The notes under the pieces are model-generated. The model saw only the letters and a program-made list of their open reading frames with translations. It was not told where the DNA came from and searched no databases. A stretch of DNA of 63,214 bases, counting the filler, from Collodictyon triciliatum (taxonomy: Eukaryota), in NCBI GenBank assembly GCA_043381765.1. It is 8 parts of 8 records of this genome, joined end to end, with 100 filler letters (N's around TTAATTAATTAA, not from the genome) between each part and the next. Parts side by side here need not be neighbours in the genome. Positions count along the whole stretch, not along the records: positions 8,427 to 16,768 come from JBHJMP010003473.1; positions 16,869 to 25,203 come from JBHJMP010003474.1; positions 25,304 to 33,632 come from JBHJMP010003475.1; 5 more parts are not named here. One strand, written 5' to 3'. The translations under genes were made by a program, and so were the position numbers. Shown here piece by piece: positions 11,279 through 25,497 of this stretch (within the stretch, counting starts at the first letter, position 1; every line of letters begins with the position of its first letter).

Positions 11279-14196
11279 ATGGCCGCCGTTGCTTTCGACG
11301 AGTTTGGACGTCCATTCATCATTCTGCGAGAGCAAGAAAAGCAGGAACGCCTCAAAGGAGTCGATGCCCTCAAGGTTAGTGGCGTCTTGTAAGCGACCGT
11401 CGTGATAGACATTTATGTTTCTTTCGTATGTTTCGACGTGTGTGCGTGCGGCGCGCTTTTAAACTTAAACTTAATCTGTTTCAGTCCATCATACTCCTGC
11501 TACTGTCAAACGTGTGCACTATGACCATAGCCTCTGTTGAAATAATTCGAAATGCTTGTTAATCCACGCTAGGCCAACATTCTTGCTGCCAAAACAGTTG
11601 CCCACACCATGCGCACCTCCCTTGGCCCTAAAGGTACTTAACATTTGCCGACTAACCTTTGCTCAGCTATTTAAACGACATGTGAGTTCCTTTCTCACCT
11701 TTCAGTCACAATGGCTAATAGTATTGGTTGGACGCGTGTGTTGAGTGAGTTTTACTTTTCGCGAATATCTAGCTCATAGACAACGATGAATAATCATTAG
11801 GAATGGACAAGATCCTCGTCAGTCCTGATGGCGATGTTACTATCACCAACGACGGAGCAACCATCCTTGAGCAAATGAACGTGGAGAACCAGATCGCCAA
11901 GCTTCTTGTCCAACTTTCAAAATCACAAGATAATGAAATTGGAGACGGAACAACAGGTGTTGTGGTGCTTGCTGGTGCCCTCCTGGAGCAAGCTGAGCAC
12001 TTGATTGACAAGTAGGGATAGTCAACCATTTTGGAGAAAGCCTCTTGAATACAATTTACACTTTTCTGTTTGGAGTTTTCTGAAGTGTATAAAAATTACC
12101 CATAGAGGAATTCATCCAATCCGCATTGCTGATGGATACGAACGTGCTTGTGCCATCGCCATCGACCACCTCAGTACCATCTCAGAGACATACGAATTTA
12201 CTCGTGATCAGATTGAACCCCTCGTTTTGAGCTGCATGACCACCCTTAGCTCCAAAATGTATAATTGTCTATGCTTTCAACCATTTTTATGTTGTNNNNN
12301 NNNNNNNNNNNNNNNNNNNNNNNNNNNNNNNNNNNNNNNNNNNNNNNNNNNNNNNNNNNNNNNNNNNNNNNNNNNNNNNNNNNNNNNNNNNNNNNNNNNN
12401 NNNNNNNNNNNNNNNNNNNNNNNNNNNNNNNNNNNNNNNNNNNNNNNNNNNNNNNNNNNNNNNNNNNNNNNNNNNNNNNNNNNNNNNNNNNNNNNNNNNN
12501 NNNNNNNNNNNNNNNNNNNNNNNNNNNNNNNNNNNNNNNNNNNNNNNNNNNNNNNNNNNNNNNNNNNNNNNNNNNNNNNNNNNNNNNNNNNNNNNNNNNN
12601 NNNNNNNNNNNNNNNNNNNNNNNNNNNNNNNNNNNNNNNNNNNNNNNNNNNNNNNNNNNNNNNNNNNNNNNNNNNNNNNATTCGTAACGCAAAGAGTGAG
12701 TTCTAATATAGAAGACAATGAATTGTCAATATTTGGCGGAATATGTGCTTTTTATTTTATGCATATCCACATCCGCCGTCTCTGAAAACCATGACCGTCA
12801 TTATCACACTATTTCCAGTTGCCGTTTTGACCTGCCCCTTCGAACCCCCAAAGCCCAAGACCAAGCATAAGCTCGACATTGACAGTGCTGAAAAGTACAA
12901 ACAGCTTCAGGTTTCTGATAATGGACGAATAATGTTAGTTGTCTTTCTCCGTCAAGTTGAAATTAAAAAAAAAAGTCTCATATGCATGTTTACAAATATT
13001 CATCGCATGGCGCGGGTGCTTAGGAAAACGAGCGTGAGTATTTTGTTGATATGGTTAAGAAAGTGAAAGACTCTGGCGCTACTTTAGTTCTGTGCCAATG
13101 GGGATTTGATTATGAAGCCAATCACTTGCTGATGCAAAGCAAGCTCCCCTCTGTTCGTTGGGTTGGAGGTGTTGAACTTGAAGTGAGTTCTTGGCTTCTA
13201 TTATCACATTCCCCAAACTTTCTAGATTTCTATCTCCTATTCATATTAATGAATATAGCAAATATGACACTGTTTTACCCATTCATAATCACTTGAATTT
13301 CCTCCTAGCTCATCGCCATAGCCACTGGCTCCCGCATTGTTCCTAGATTCTCTGAGCTTAGTCCTGAGAAGCTCGGAACTGCTGGTGTTGTGCGCGAAGT
13401 TTCGTTTGGAACCACCAAGGAGCGTATGCTGTATATCGAGGAATGCCCCAACTCTAAGGCTGTCACCGTCTTTATCCGTGGTGGAAATAAGATGATTATC
13501 GATGAGGCGAAACGTAGTGTCCACGATGCTATGTGTGTTGCCCGTAATCTTATCCGTGACAACCGCATTGTGTATGGAGGCGGTGCTTCAGATATCTCGT
13601 GCGCTCTGGCCATCAGCAAGGCTGCAGATCAGATTTCCTCGGTGGAGCAGTACGCCATGCGCGCTTTTGCAGATGCTTTGGAGGCCATCCCAATTGCCCT
13701 AGCAGGTGCCTATTCAATGGCTCTACTAATTATATACAATCTATAATGTGGTAATCTTATTGTTGTTGTTTTTTTGTTTTGTTTCGTTTTTATTTATTTA
13801 TTCTCTTGATGTCATCTTTGGCTAAAATTATTTGCATATTCTTAACCGTTTGTATCATTCGCAACGAATAGAAAATAGCGGTCTCTCTGCAATTGATTCG
13901 CTTGCCAAAATCAAGGCAGACCAAGTTCAGCTCAGTAACCCACGCCTTGGTGTTGATTGCAATGCCACAGGAGCCAATGACATGAAAGTGCAAAATGTCT
14001 TTGATACCCTCATTGGAAAGCGTGAACAGCTTCGCCTGGCAACTCAAGTAATTTACTATTATGTTGGTGTGGTGCGATGAAAGCTTTGTATGCCTTGCGA
14101 GTAACAAAATATTCATTGCTTGGAATCGATGATTAGGTGGTCAAGATGATTTTGAAGATTGACGATGTTATGAAGCCTGCCGAGCTTGGTCAATAA
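11279..14196 (+). CDS. CCT5: T-complex protein 1 subunit epsilon (chaperonin CCT5), multi-exon, internal N gap
   Basis: [19 protein letters not shown]..., [79 protein letters not shown], ending [20 protein letters not shown]. All introns checked are GT-AG. Confidence 0.97.
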
Positions 14197-14811
14197 GTCA
14201 CCTGTTTTCTGGTATATTCTTATTGGTATTTTGCGTTCCATTTATTGTTTCTTTTTACTTTTTTTTTTTTTTTTTGGGAAACCCCCAGCGACGGTATTGT
14301 AACCACTAACCAGTCAAGAAAAATAATCGTAAATTTATGTAATAATAAGAAAAGTGCGAATGACCTCGTGATGAAACATGAGACAGAGCCAGTCCCTCTG
14401 TTACTGCTTCGTCTCACACCCCGGCTTACACGGATTAAAAGACCTATACCCATCTGTCCAAACGATATATATGTATCTGAAAGGTGTATAAATCTTTTTA
14501 ATCGCTGATTTTCCTTTCTTTTCCTTTGCCTTTTGAGATTCTCTTTTCTCCTGCATCGGCATAGCGAACCCTTTTGAAGGCAAAAAAAAAAAAAAGGAAT
14601 GACATACACCTCGTCCAATTACCATAACTTAATTGCAGGACATTGATGTTTATTTGTTTGCTTTTATTCATGGAACGATATACAGGTTGTGGTTGTGGTT
14701 GTTTTTTATTCGTATATGAATTGAAAGCGGGTTAGGTCATCCTGTAGAAACCACATGAGAGATACCTGGAATTAGCTGGGAATTGGCTTTGATAGAGCAC
14801 ATTTATTTTAC

Positions 14812-15619
14812 TACCACCAAACCACCTTGCACTGCAGGCGACAAGCAGATGTGTTTGAGTTTTCGCGTATTTGTGAATCTTTTTCTTTTATCAGTTTTTT
14901 TTTCCCTTTATTCGATTTTCTTTTTTCAAGTTGATTTTACTTTTGAGTATTGAAGCAACTGGACAGGGGTAACTAAAGGGACTCTTTCAAATATTTCTAT
15001 TTATCCATATGTCATGACAACCGGATTTACGATATGTGTGGAAATAAAGCGGATGCGCAATGGGAGTGCGATGACCCGCCCTGCGATAGTAATGAAAACG
15101 AAGTAGAAAGTGTGTTGTGCGCCACCAGGAGAAGTCATGTATGATTCTATGAGTATCCTCCTTTCTTTTTTCTTTTTTTTTTCTATAGAATCCCTTGGTT
15201 TCTAGTCACGAACCAAATATGACAATCAAAACGAGAAAAAATGGACTGAAGAAGAATACCTCAAAAAATATCCCTTGCATAACAACGAACTGGATAGGGT
15301 AATCATTTTGGAGAATTTGTTGCAGCATATGGTTTCCAGCAACATAGGCTAGACCTCCAAATATGACAAGTATAACGGAAGCAGCGATGAGGCGCAGGAC
15401 AAGTATTTTGAAGAAGGAGGGTATTGAGGCCATGCAAAACTGTATGTGTGCACTCCTGGTGTTGGGTTTCGACTGCGTTGATGGACTCTTGGATGGTTTG
15501 ACTAAGGGCATCTCAATACCATCATGTATGTCCCCATGTTCTGAATACCCGACAGCTTCGACCGCCTCCGCTTTTTGGCCGTGGGGAATGCAAAACCTTT
15601 CCTGAGTGATTTTACACAT
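14812..15619 (-). CDS. Hypothetical membrane protein (3' exons; boundaries uncertain)
   Basis: Exon with hydrophobic segment FFKILVLRLIAASVILVIFGGLAYVAG followed by a GT donor, and further exon-like segments downstream. No family recognised. Confidence 0.35.
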
Positions 15620-16623
15620 TCAAAACTTTCCTCTTTCTCACTTTTATGTGATGGAAACTTTGATCACAAGCCTTTAAGTTAGGTTGTTGTTGTTGTTTTT
15701 TCAAGAGACTCCTGTTCTGATTGACAAAACATGAAAGAATAAGAAAGGAGGAGGGAAAAAAGAACAAATATTCCAGCTATTCTGAGGGTTTATACGAACA
15801 AAGAAATAAAAAAAAATTGACATTCTTTTCCATCCAAGTATGGAGTACCATTGAACTTTGTGACCAGTTTTAGGTAAACCCGGCTTCCTGGGAGGCTGGT
15901 TGGCAGGTAACCCAGACTTGGTTGGTGATTATCTGGGGAAAAGGGAAATGAGAAAGAGCCATGGCAACATTAAAGGGGGAAAAATTGGGGAAAGAGACTC
16001 CATTAATAACCAGAGAGGAAATGGTGGGACAGAGAAAGAGAGCAATATTCCGGAGAGGAGGCTTTTACCGCGTTGTGGTAGGGGGTGCGGATCTAATGTT
16101 GCCTTAGTGGATTTTCACCCGAGAGTGTGGACAGGATGTGTTTGAAGTCCAAAAAAAAAATTCAACATCCGGCGCGTTGGGATTCCATAACAAATAGTAC
16201 TAATTGGGGGAAATGTCAACAAAATCAAAGCCCTTTTTTTGTGTCATCAAGTTTTACTGTACTAATATTCATAATTGTTAAGTTTTATTGTATTATAGGA
16301 CTGATAGATGGTTATTAAAGGAAATAAATTGGGTAAATACATAAAATCCAGGTTTGAAAAAAAGTTTCACAAAATCCCGTTTGTGGAAAGTGGGAATCGT
16401 GTAAGTCCCGTATTTCCCAACACATGCTATCAGACGACCACAGGCCAACCACATCCAGATATGGAGAGCGCAATATATACATGCAGTTGGATGAGTGACG
16501 CATTGTTCCTATTGTTTCGACACGGTTGAGGATATATATTCCGCCGTGTGAATGCATTATCGCTGGCTTGTGTGGTCTGTGTTATCGTCCTTCAAATCAT
16601 AAATCAGTGTAAGCAAACGAGAA

Positions 16624-16710
16624 GGACAAGAACAAGAACAAGAACAAGAGCAAGAATGAGAGCAAGAGCAAGAGCAAGAGCAAGAGCAAGAGCAAGAGCA
16701 AGAATGAGAG
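16624..16710. repeat. (ACAAGA/GCAAGA)n hexamer repeat followed by poly-C at scaffold end
   Basis: Direct tandem array. Confidence 0.85.
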
Positions 16711-16737
16711 CGAGGTGGCAGAACCCCCACGATATCC

Positions 16738-16768
<31 letters not shown>

Positions 16769-16868
16769 NNNNNNNNNNNNNNNNNNNNNNNNNNNNNNNN
16801 NNNNNNNNNNNNTTAATTAATTAANNNNNNNNNNNNNNNNNNNNNNNNNNNNNNNNNNNNNNNNNNNN

Positions 16869-16972
16869 GAGAAAAGAGAGAGAAAAGAGAGAGAAAAGAG
16901 AGAGAAAAGAGAGAGAAAAGAGAGAGAAAAGAGAGAGAAAAGAGAGAGAAAAGAGAGAGAAAAGAGAGAGAA
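16869..16972. repeat. (GAGAAAAGAGA)n 11-mer repeat at scaffold start
   Basis: Direct tandem array. Confidence 0.9.
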
Positions 16973-17103
16973 GCAGAAGTGAATGCAGAGAGGGGAGAGA
17001 CCCGAGAAAATCAGAAAAAAATAGATGGCGCGTTATTTGGGAAATGCGACTTGGGCTTGTACTCTTTTTTTTTTCTCTTTTTATTTTTACTGTCATAGTG
17101 TCA

Positions 17104-17778
17104 TCACTCGGCTTTGGTCAATGTCTGGTTCTTTTTGTGTGCTCCCAACCAATCCTTCTTGTCACGGATCCAGCCGGCCTGAAAAACGCTCTTCAGTTGG
17201 CCGATCTTGAGTGTTTCTCCAGCAGCGCGAAGAATTGCTGGTAGTGGGACAATCCCTGTAACAAAGTGTAGGATATTGATGAGCAAAGCACAAAGTATAT
17301 TCTCTTGGCGTGAGGGCATCAAAATGGAAACCACTCTCTTTAGAATCACCTTAATCCACTTTGTCATGTCGGCAATTGATGGCGCTATTGCAAGGGATAA
17401 AAATGTAAAACAATTACAGTGTGTAATCCAAAATAATGCAGCAGAGACCCAACCTTCCTCTTTTTTTTTTTTATATATAATTTTTTCTTTCATAATTCTA
17501 TCAGATTTACATTAAATCTAGGGGGAATATCACTTGAATCGAATGAAGGAAGTTTCTTTTTCTTTACTGGAAATAGGTTCTAAATGTACAGAATAAATGG
17601 GATGCACTTGTGTATTTCAAACCTAGTAAATGATAAGTCCGTGTTGTGGTGTCAATCACAAATGGGCAGCCGTCTAATTTACCAGAAAGGCTGGCTGGAG
17701 AATCAGCTGATATTTGTTAAGCTAACAACTAGGCTCCTTAGATTAATATCAAGAAGCAAATGGACGTCGTGAATTTGA

Positions 17779-17874
<96 letters not shown>

Positions 17875-20800
17875 TCAAGATTTCATTCGGGATACAAGTA
17901 TGAACGTAAACAATATCTGATGATATACAAATAATGGATTAGTCAAGTGCCGCCAGTGGTGAATATTAATCCATGTAACCAAAAGTATAAAAGCTGAAAA
18001 AACCTTTCAGAGGAATACATCCAACAGCGTTGGCGTCTGTGCGCTTCTTGTAATAGTACAACGAGTCTCCCTTGGTAACAAACCATCGTTGCTACAATAT
18101 AGATTGGAATATATAACTTCTCCTTTATGGGGGAAATGGGAAAGATATTGGGAATGTAATAAAAAGCAAACTGATATAATCAAACAGGTTTTAATAAATT
18201 GATGGAGCAACAATTACCTGATAGACAGGAAATGAACCTTCTCTAAGTTTACTGAGAAGTCCTTGAAGGTTGGGAAGCTGCTCCAAAGAAATATTGAAGT
18301 TCAAAACATTCCTTTCACAATGTACATTTTTGGGACACGCCCTTCAGTAAATATAGCGGTATTATTTTTTTCTATAAAAGCATACCGTTCTTCTAAACAA
18401 AGCAATGTCAGTCTCCTTGTCTTCATGTTCGTCTCGGGAAATATTCTGTGAAGGTGTCGCATTATAAAATTCATTTTTATCCGAAAAAAGTAGTGTAGAC
18501 TCTGCAATGTTATTTGAAATTTGTTAAATTATTTTTTACTTACAGTTGACTCAGATGAAGCCTTCCTAATATTATAAAATACCATAAATAAGATATTCAT
18601 TGCACACTTTGAATGAATTTAACTTTCAACTAAGTCTAATCATAACTACCTCCTGATAAACGGATTGAATAAATTTTTATATGTCAAAATGATGGCATGC
18701 CAAAATCATTTTTTTTAAATATGTAATGTAAATCAACTCACGATGGGTTAAATTGCTCTAGCCAACCATATTGTACCAGTTTGTCTTGAACCTCTATCCA
18801 AATCTCATCATTTTCAAGTTGAATTACCAAACAAAAGGAAAATTTATTCAAGTGACTGGCAAAAGCACGTGGAAGCCTTGCATGCTCCTCGAGTGTCGGA
18901 ACAGTCACTTCTTTAATTTCCTGGATTGCAATAATAGATAATAAAGTTTATTTGCATGAATAGTGGCCTACAATTAAATGGAGGAATATCGCAATTTAAT
19001 ATCTAAAAAGAAAACCAGCTATAGATTTTCAGGCAATATAGTGTCAATGAAAGAAAAAAATAATGAAAGTATTTTTAAAACCTGTCTTTGAAGGGTTCTA
19101 ATAGCTTCTTGTGCCCCGTGGCTTTTAGGGGGATAAATGATTAAATCGTTTTCCTTCAGTACCATCCAGCGAACATTCCACCCATCTGATTCCAACACAC
19201 TAGTGGGGCCTTCTAATATAATCTAGGAATAGTGCCAGCAAATGGGCAAAACATAAATATAAATATATAAGGTCTATGGTATGGATTACACTTATGATAT
19301 GAGATAAGCGCAAACTGAAGGATCAATTTGTGTATCTTCACTGTCGTCAAATAAGGAACTCGAACTATAGTGCTTTGCAAGCTGCTCAAAATAGCATCAG
19401 ATCAGCAATAGGAAATTAAGCAATAAACAACATCAATCAAAATGGGAATGGTTGAGTCCCTGTCACAATAAATAAAGACTTACCCCTGGTATGCTATGCT
19501 CGCTACCAACAGAAGAGCTTCTTTATAATCCATTATTATTTTTTTTTTAAAAAAAAGGTATTTTAAAATTGATTCTGGCATATCTACTAATAAAAAAATT
19601 AGAGATTCAATTAATAAACCTATTGATCTTACTTACCCAATACCTATTAATTTTGTCGGTCGAACAAACAGATAAAATGTTGATTGATGGGATTTTAGTC
19701 ATAAAATGAAATGGCTGCAAGTTTTTCCCATAAATTATATTAAAATGTACCAGCAAATTGGTTTAAAACTCTTACTACTGCTTTTCATATCAAGAGATGT
19801 AGAAAAACTCAGTCGACACTTTTCTAGAGCCTCAACCCATTGCCTCGCCTATCATAAGGGAAGACAAAGTATGGCATTGATTTATATAATACTTTTCAAT
19901 AAGAGATGATAATGCATCGTGGTTTCTGTTAAATAAAATGCGAAAAAAAAAAAACAACCTCTTCTCTATCACGAGCTGCCAAATAGTATAATCTGTAGTC
20001 CTGCAAGGTTTAAAGATTATGACTCGAGCACACTTGTGTTTTGCCTTATGAATAGCTATTATTGATATTGAAAAGGCACAAAAAGACGAAAGGAAAAAAA
20101 GAAGGAAAAGGAAACATAGGATTGTATTATATACTATAATGAATAGGAATAAATGAAATGAAATTGTAGAAAGTAAAAATATTTCAAACAGATAGAAAAT
20201 TTTTTACAAGAGTATAAGAAAATTATAATAGTAAAATAAATAGTTACAGTATCTATTAGGAATGCGCCTTCTGAGTTAGCCTTAGGAATTCCTTGAGCAT
20301 CGTCAGATAAACACACATACGACATATCTCTAATAAAATAAGATAAATGAATAAAACAATCATATGTTAAGAGTTCGCAGATGCCTTTTATTTAAATTCA
20401 GCCATGTAAATATTCTAATATTTATAAGGGGTATGCTGTATGCTGAGATGAATGAGAATGTCGAGTTTGCTTACTCAAATAATATGCTCCCAGCGAAATC
20501 TTCTGGTCGACAGAGACTAGACCTATAATACTTCAAAGATTTTCCTGCAAAGTTTATGTATGTAATTAAAATTTTAATGATATGTGTGTTCGAACCCTAA
20601 CTCAATATTACGAAAAAAATAAATACCTTCCATCACAAACCATCTCTCTTTGTACAAAGAACCAGCAGATGGCCCTCTTTTGAGCAACATTCCAGACATC
20701 TAATTTATCCAGTATTTACAATTATTTACTGACCTCTTTTGGACAGACTACCCAAAAGAAAAAAAAACCTTGTCTTTTAGATCTAGGTATGTATTACAAT

Positions 20801-23800
20801 CAAGACCTTTTCGATGGTCCAGAGAGAAGAATCATCAAAACTGTCATTCCTTTTTTCTCTTTCTTGAAATTCAGCTAGTGCAGATTGCAAAATCGTTACC
20901 CATGACCTATGCATATTTTGGATTGGTTAACCTTTTTTTTTTAAAAAAAAAAAAATATGGTGAGAAGCATGTTATATTCATTTCATAATAGAATGGTCAT
21001 GACCTTAATAATACAAACTAATATTCAAATGATGATACACATTGGTGAATTATCGTGAAAATTAGCAACTCATACTTGAAATTTGAGATAAGTTGTTACA
21101 GGCGAATATGAACCATTATAGAGTAAGTATTTACCTCTTTTCTTCGGCTGAATTCGTAACCAGGTAATATTTTCTGGAGTTTGTTTCGATTACAAAGCAT
21201 CCCTCACGGTCAAGTTGTTGCTGATATATGATTATGTATGTATTAGGTATAATAATATGTTAAAAATATATAAACCAACAATAAAATTACATTATATTCA
21301 ATTTGCTCTTGAGGTAGAGTCACTTTCAGGATTTTGTGAAATGGTATACAGCCTATGGGATCTTGGTCCTCTGATGTCTGTTTTGGAATGAAATTAAGGC
21401 TCCCATATATTGTTAAATAAAGAATAGGGAATGTGTATGTTATACATGCGACAATCTTACCTTGAAGTATAGTATTTTTGTTTTTTTCATGATTACATAT
21501 CTCTCCTTCCATACTGTGACAGCATTTGACGGATTTCTTTTAAGCAAAAGACCTTCCTTCAGAATATCCTATGGTATATTTTTGAGAAATTTTAACTATA
21601 TAATATTTAAAAGAGAAACCTTCCATCAACTTACATATACTTAAGAGTATGAATCGATTAAAGAAAAAAACTTGCATTTAATTGTACATCAGTAGCTACT
21701 CGCTGGCTTAAAATTGCATCCAATGCATTAACCCACCTAATTATCATATCATAAAAGTAAAAAGTATAAATTATCGTCAAATTTTGTAAAATTATACATC
21801 TGCTTTTTCCTGTTATTCATTTCAAAGCGCTGGAAAATCATGTATATCTTATATGTAACAAAGAATGAGGGCTAAAGTACAAAGTTTCTTTTTATTATAT
21901 GCCTTTTTTTTTTATTCTTCCTTTCAATTTGTGCAAGATGGCTGAGGTTTTTGGCTTTGTTTTGATCATAATATATCATTTTTAAAAGTATAAAAATGAA
22001 ATCATAGAATCGAATGATGCTATATATTAATATTATCAAGTGCCCACATACTTTGATCTTTCAGGTTTTGTTTGTGCCAAAAAGTAGAATACTCTAGTTC
22101 TTGTGGTAACACTGAATTCATAACCAATAAATACCTTTTAAAATATGGGTGATATTAGTAAGAACAGCCATACATGCTTTTATAGGCTGATTACTGAGCA
22201 AAAAAAGGCGACCATAATGCAAAAAAAAGGAGTATTTTTTGTAGGTTATCAGCGCACAAATAAAAAAAAAGAGGGAATTTTATTTCGGAATTTAAAGAAA
22301 AAGAAAAAAGAAGAGAAGGGTACAGGACAATATGAATGCATATTATTTACTTTTGTAGATTGGCCAGAATTTCCATCAAGCTTTGTAACTGATACAACAT
22401 CAAGTAGTGATATCTCTCCAGCCGGATTCGAATCGTCGCTAGATTTGAAGTATACGAGCTTGTGTCCCTACCACGTAATATTATTGTTATCATAATCACT
22501 ACTATTACTACTTTGTCATTTTTTTCATCAGCAAATTGTATCTATTTTTTTTATTTTCAGTTCAAATCGACAAAAAAAAATTTTTTTTTTAAAAAAAAAA
22601 GACAGATAGGGAGAACCTTTAACTTAAAAAATCGATCTTTCCACGACTTATTTCTTCCTCCTCGTTTCTTTAATATACCTTCGATAGACTGCTCGAATGA
22701 AAATTTTGCAATGTCAAAAATTTAAAACTAATTGCAACAAATGATGAGAAAATAACTTTTGGGTGATGTTGGAAGAGAATTGAAACAAATATAGAGAATC
22801 ATTAAAGTAAAGGGAATATTACCGTTTCATCAAATCCTTCTGAATATGGTTCATTTAATCAAGCGAATGTAATTATGTAGGACGTATGGTGATGTTAATA
22901 ATTTTCACATCTTGGTTCAATTGATATATGATTGCCCATTCAATATTGAATTATCTGACGAATTAGTTCATAAGGCAATTTTTACTATCTCATATGCAAT
23001 CAAAAAAATTTTGCCTGATGGGAGACAGTATGTGGAAAAACGCTTTTTTAGACTATTAACTCTGGTGATTTGACTATTTTTTTTTTATTATAGCACAAAG
23101 TCAGTGAGCATTATTTGTTGATATAATTATGCAATAAATAAAATAAATACAAAGCAAGCATAGTAGAAATGCAATAAAATAATTTTGTTAATGCAAACCT
23201 CTTATGTGGAATATTTTGATTTAGTCGAGCTTTGTTCAAGGCAGAGAGCCACTGGTATTAATATAAATATATATAAAAGTAATTAATATTTTTTAATTAG
23301 TCTTTGATATTTTTTTTTGTCTTTGATTGGGCAGTTATAAAAATCGTTAAAGCAATGGATCATCTTCCTTTCCTAATACAACGAACACACTACATAAAAA
23401 CTTATTATTTCGGAGATAGGAAATCAACCATTTTCTGCTCTTCCAGAGACTTTGCGGCCAGGTAATAAGTACGTTCCGGAACGACAATATTTATTATAAA
23501 CCCCTAACATGAAATCTATCTGAGTTGTGGCCCGGTTGAAGCAATTTATTTGGATCGTTGGTATGATTACTGTTGTCATATTTGCTGGGATGGAATACAT
23601 TTAACCTTCGGCTTGACAGACGAGTGTGGAGAAGAGCCATTTGGTATGATATCGATGACAGTAAGCAGTGATATTACCCCTGCGTTTAAAAGCCAAATGA
23701 GAATAAGATTTCTGTTAAATGAAATGTAGGTCATCCTTCAATATTTTTCAAATATTTTCGTGAATGATTCACACAAAATTGAACAATCCAGAGGGTGGGG

Positions 23801-24368
23801 GTTGAGGGGGAAGAAGATAAGTTACCATCATAAATGAATAGAGATACGTGGGGTATGTTATCAATTGACAATTAAAATAATGAGGGGAAAAAAAACTAAA
23901 CAAACAGGCAAACAGAATCCCTCGAAAATTTAAGAATATAAATATGCTTCTGGAGATTAACTTGATTTGGGGTGTTTTGATTTATGCATCAAACCATTAT
24001 GTTCATTCTGATCTCTGGAGCGATAGTAAAACAAATCTGTTCCTCGAAGACTAAAGAACCTAAACGATTCGTGGTATGTGATTGAAAACATTATATATTA
24101 TATTATATAATATAATATTTTTTCCCTTTATTCGATTCAAAGATAATATAATATAACATAACATAATACACAAAAAAATAAAATAAATATGAAAAATAAA
24201 ACTAAATAAGTAGACTGAAAATAATTTGAGATCCATAAAAATTTTGTTTCTAAGAAGGGATGTTTGAAAGAGTTGTCATTATTTTCCTGCTAACCTCTCT
24301 TTATAAGCTGAGTTGAGTGTGCTGGAGGCCCACTTCAGAAGCCAACCCTCATGAACCCCTGCGTTCAT
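17104..24368 (-). CDS. Protein with six tandem pleckstrin homology (PH) domains, over 20 short exons
   Basis: Manual splicing. PH1 HEGWLLKW..YKERFFSLRGTDLFYY..RTYYLAA..WLSAL. PH2 EGILKKRGGRNKSWKDRFFKLK..WVNAL. PH3 EGLLLKR..WKERYVIMK..RKYYLV..WVTIL. PH4 GMLLKRG..YKERWFVME..WVEAL. PH5 LEGP..WNVRWMVLKEND..WLEQF. PH6 QGLLSKL..YQQRWFVTKGDSLYYY..RTYHLL..WIKVI. ATG 24368; probable stop TGA 17104-17106. Confidence 0.85.
17779..17874. repeat. (AAT)n microsatellite in a PH gene intron
   Basis: Direct tandem trimer. Confidence 0.95.
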
Positions 24369-24413
24369 GGTTGACACGTATGCACTACGGATATATACAT
24401 ATATATTCAGCAA

Positions 24414-24560
24414 AGAGAAAAGAAAAGAAAAGAAAAGAAAAGAAAAGAAAAGAAAAGAAAAGAAAAGAAAAGAAAAGAAAAGAAAAGAAAAGAAAAGAAA
24501 AGAAAAGAAAAGAAAATAAAATAAAAGAAAAGAAAAAAGAAAAAAGAAAAAGAAAAAGAA
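24414..24560. repeat. (AAAAG)n microsatellite upstream of the PH gene start
   Basis: Direct tandem pentamer. Confidence 0.9.
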
Positions 24561-25064
24561 AAGAAAAAAAGAAGCAAAGAATTTTAAAAAAGCTCATCTG
24601 CTTTTAGTTCACCCCAACCAAATCGCCCACATAGTTTTTCATCGGAACACACAAACCACAAATCCCCATAATAAACTAGTTCACTTTAAAACAAAGGAGC
24701 CGAAATAAGCAAGACTGAGAGTTAGAACAAAGAGGAAAAGGAGGAGGGACTCTGCTTCCTGTGGCGTACTAGGTATGTGTGCGTTTTGCGCGCACGCGAT
24801 TGCCGGGTGATTCTCCGGACGTGGCCGATTAAAATGAAAATGAAAAGAAAAATAATTGTAATAAAGGCGCCAATCCGAAACCAAGCAAACGTCAAACTCG
24901 TCGAGCGGGATTAATTAAATGCAAATAGAATTCTTTTCAATCCCCATCACCCACCCACCCACCAGGGCCAGATGGGCATGTCTTCATCATGCGGCGCTAT
25001 TGAGCTGCCCGACCATCCGAGCTTTGTCAAAACAACAACAAACAACAACAAAACACGACGCAAA

Positions 25065-25203
25065 CGAACAAACAAACAAACAAACAACAAAACAACAAAA
25101 CAACAAAACAACAAACAAACAAACAAACAAACAAACAAACAAACAAACAAACAAACAAACAAACAAACAAACAAACAAACAAACAAACAAACAAACAAAC
25201 AAA
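25065..25203. repeat. (AAAC)n microsatellite at scaffold end
   Basis: Direct tandem tetramer. Confidence 0.9.
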
Positions 25204-25303
25204 NNNNNNNNNNNNNNNNNNNNNNNNNNNNNNNNNNNNNNNNNNNNTTAATTAATTAANNNNNNNNNNNNNNNNNNNNNNNNNNNNNNNNNNNNNNNNN
25301 NNN

Positions 25304-25391
<88 letters not shown>

Positions 25392-25497
25392 AAAAAAAAA
25401 AAAAAACAAAAAAACAAAAAAAACAAAAAAACAAAAAAAACAAAAAAACAAAAAAAAACAAAAAAACAAAAAAACCAAGAAGACAGCCGCAACCACG

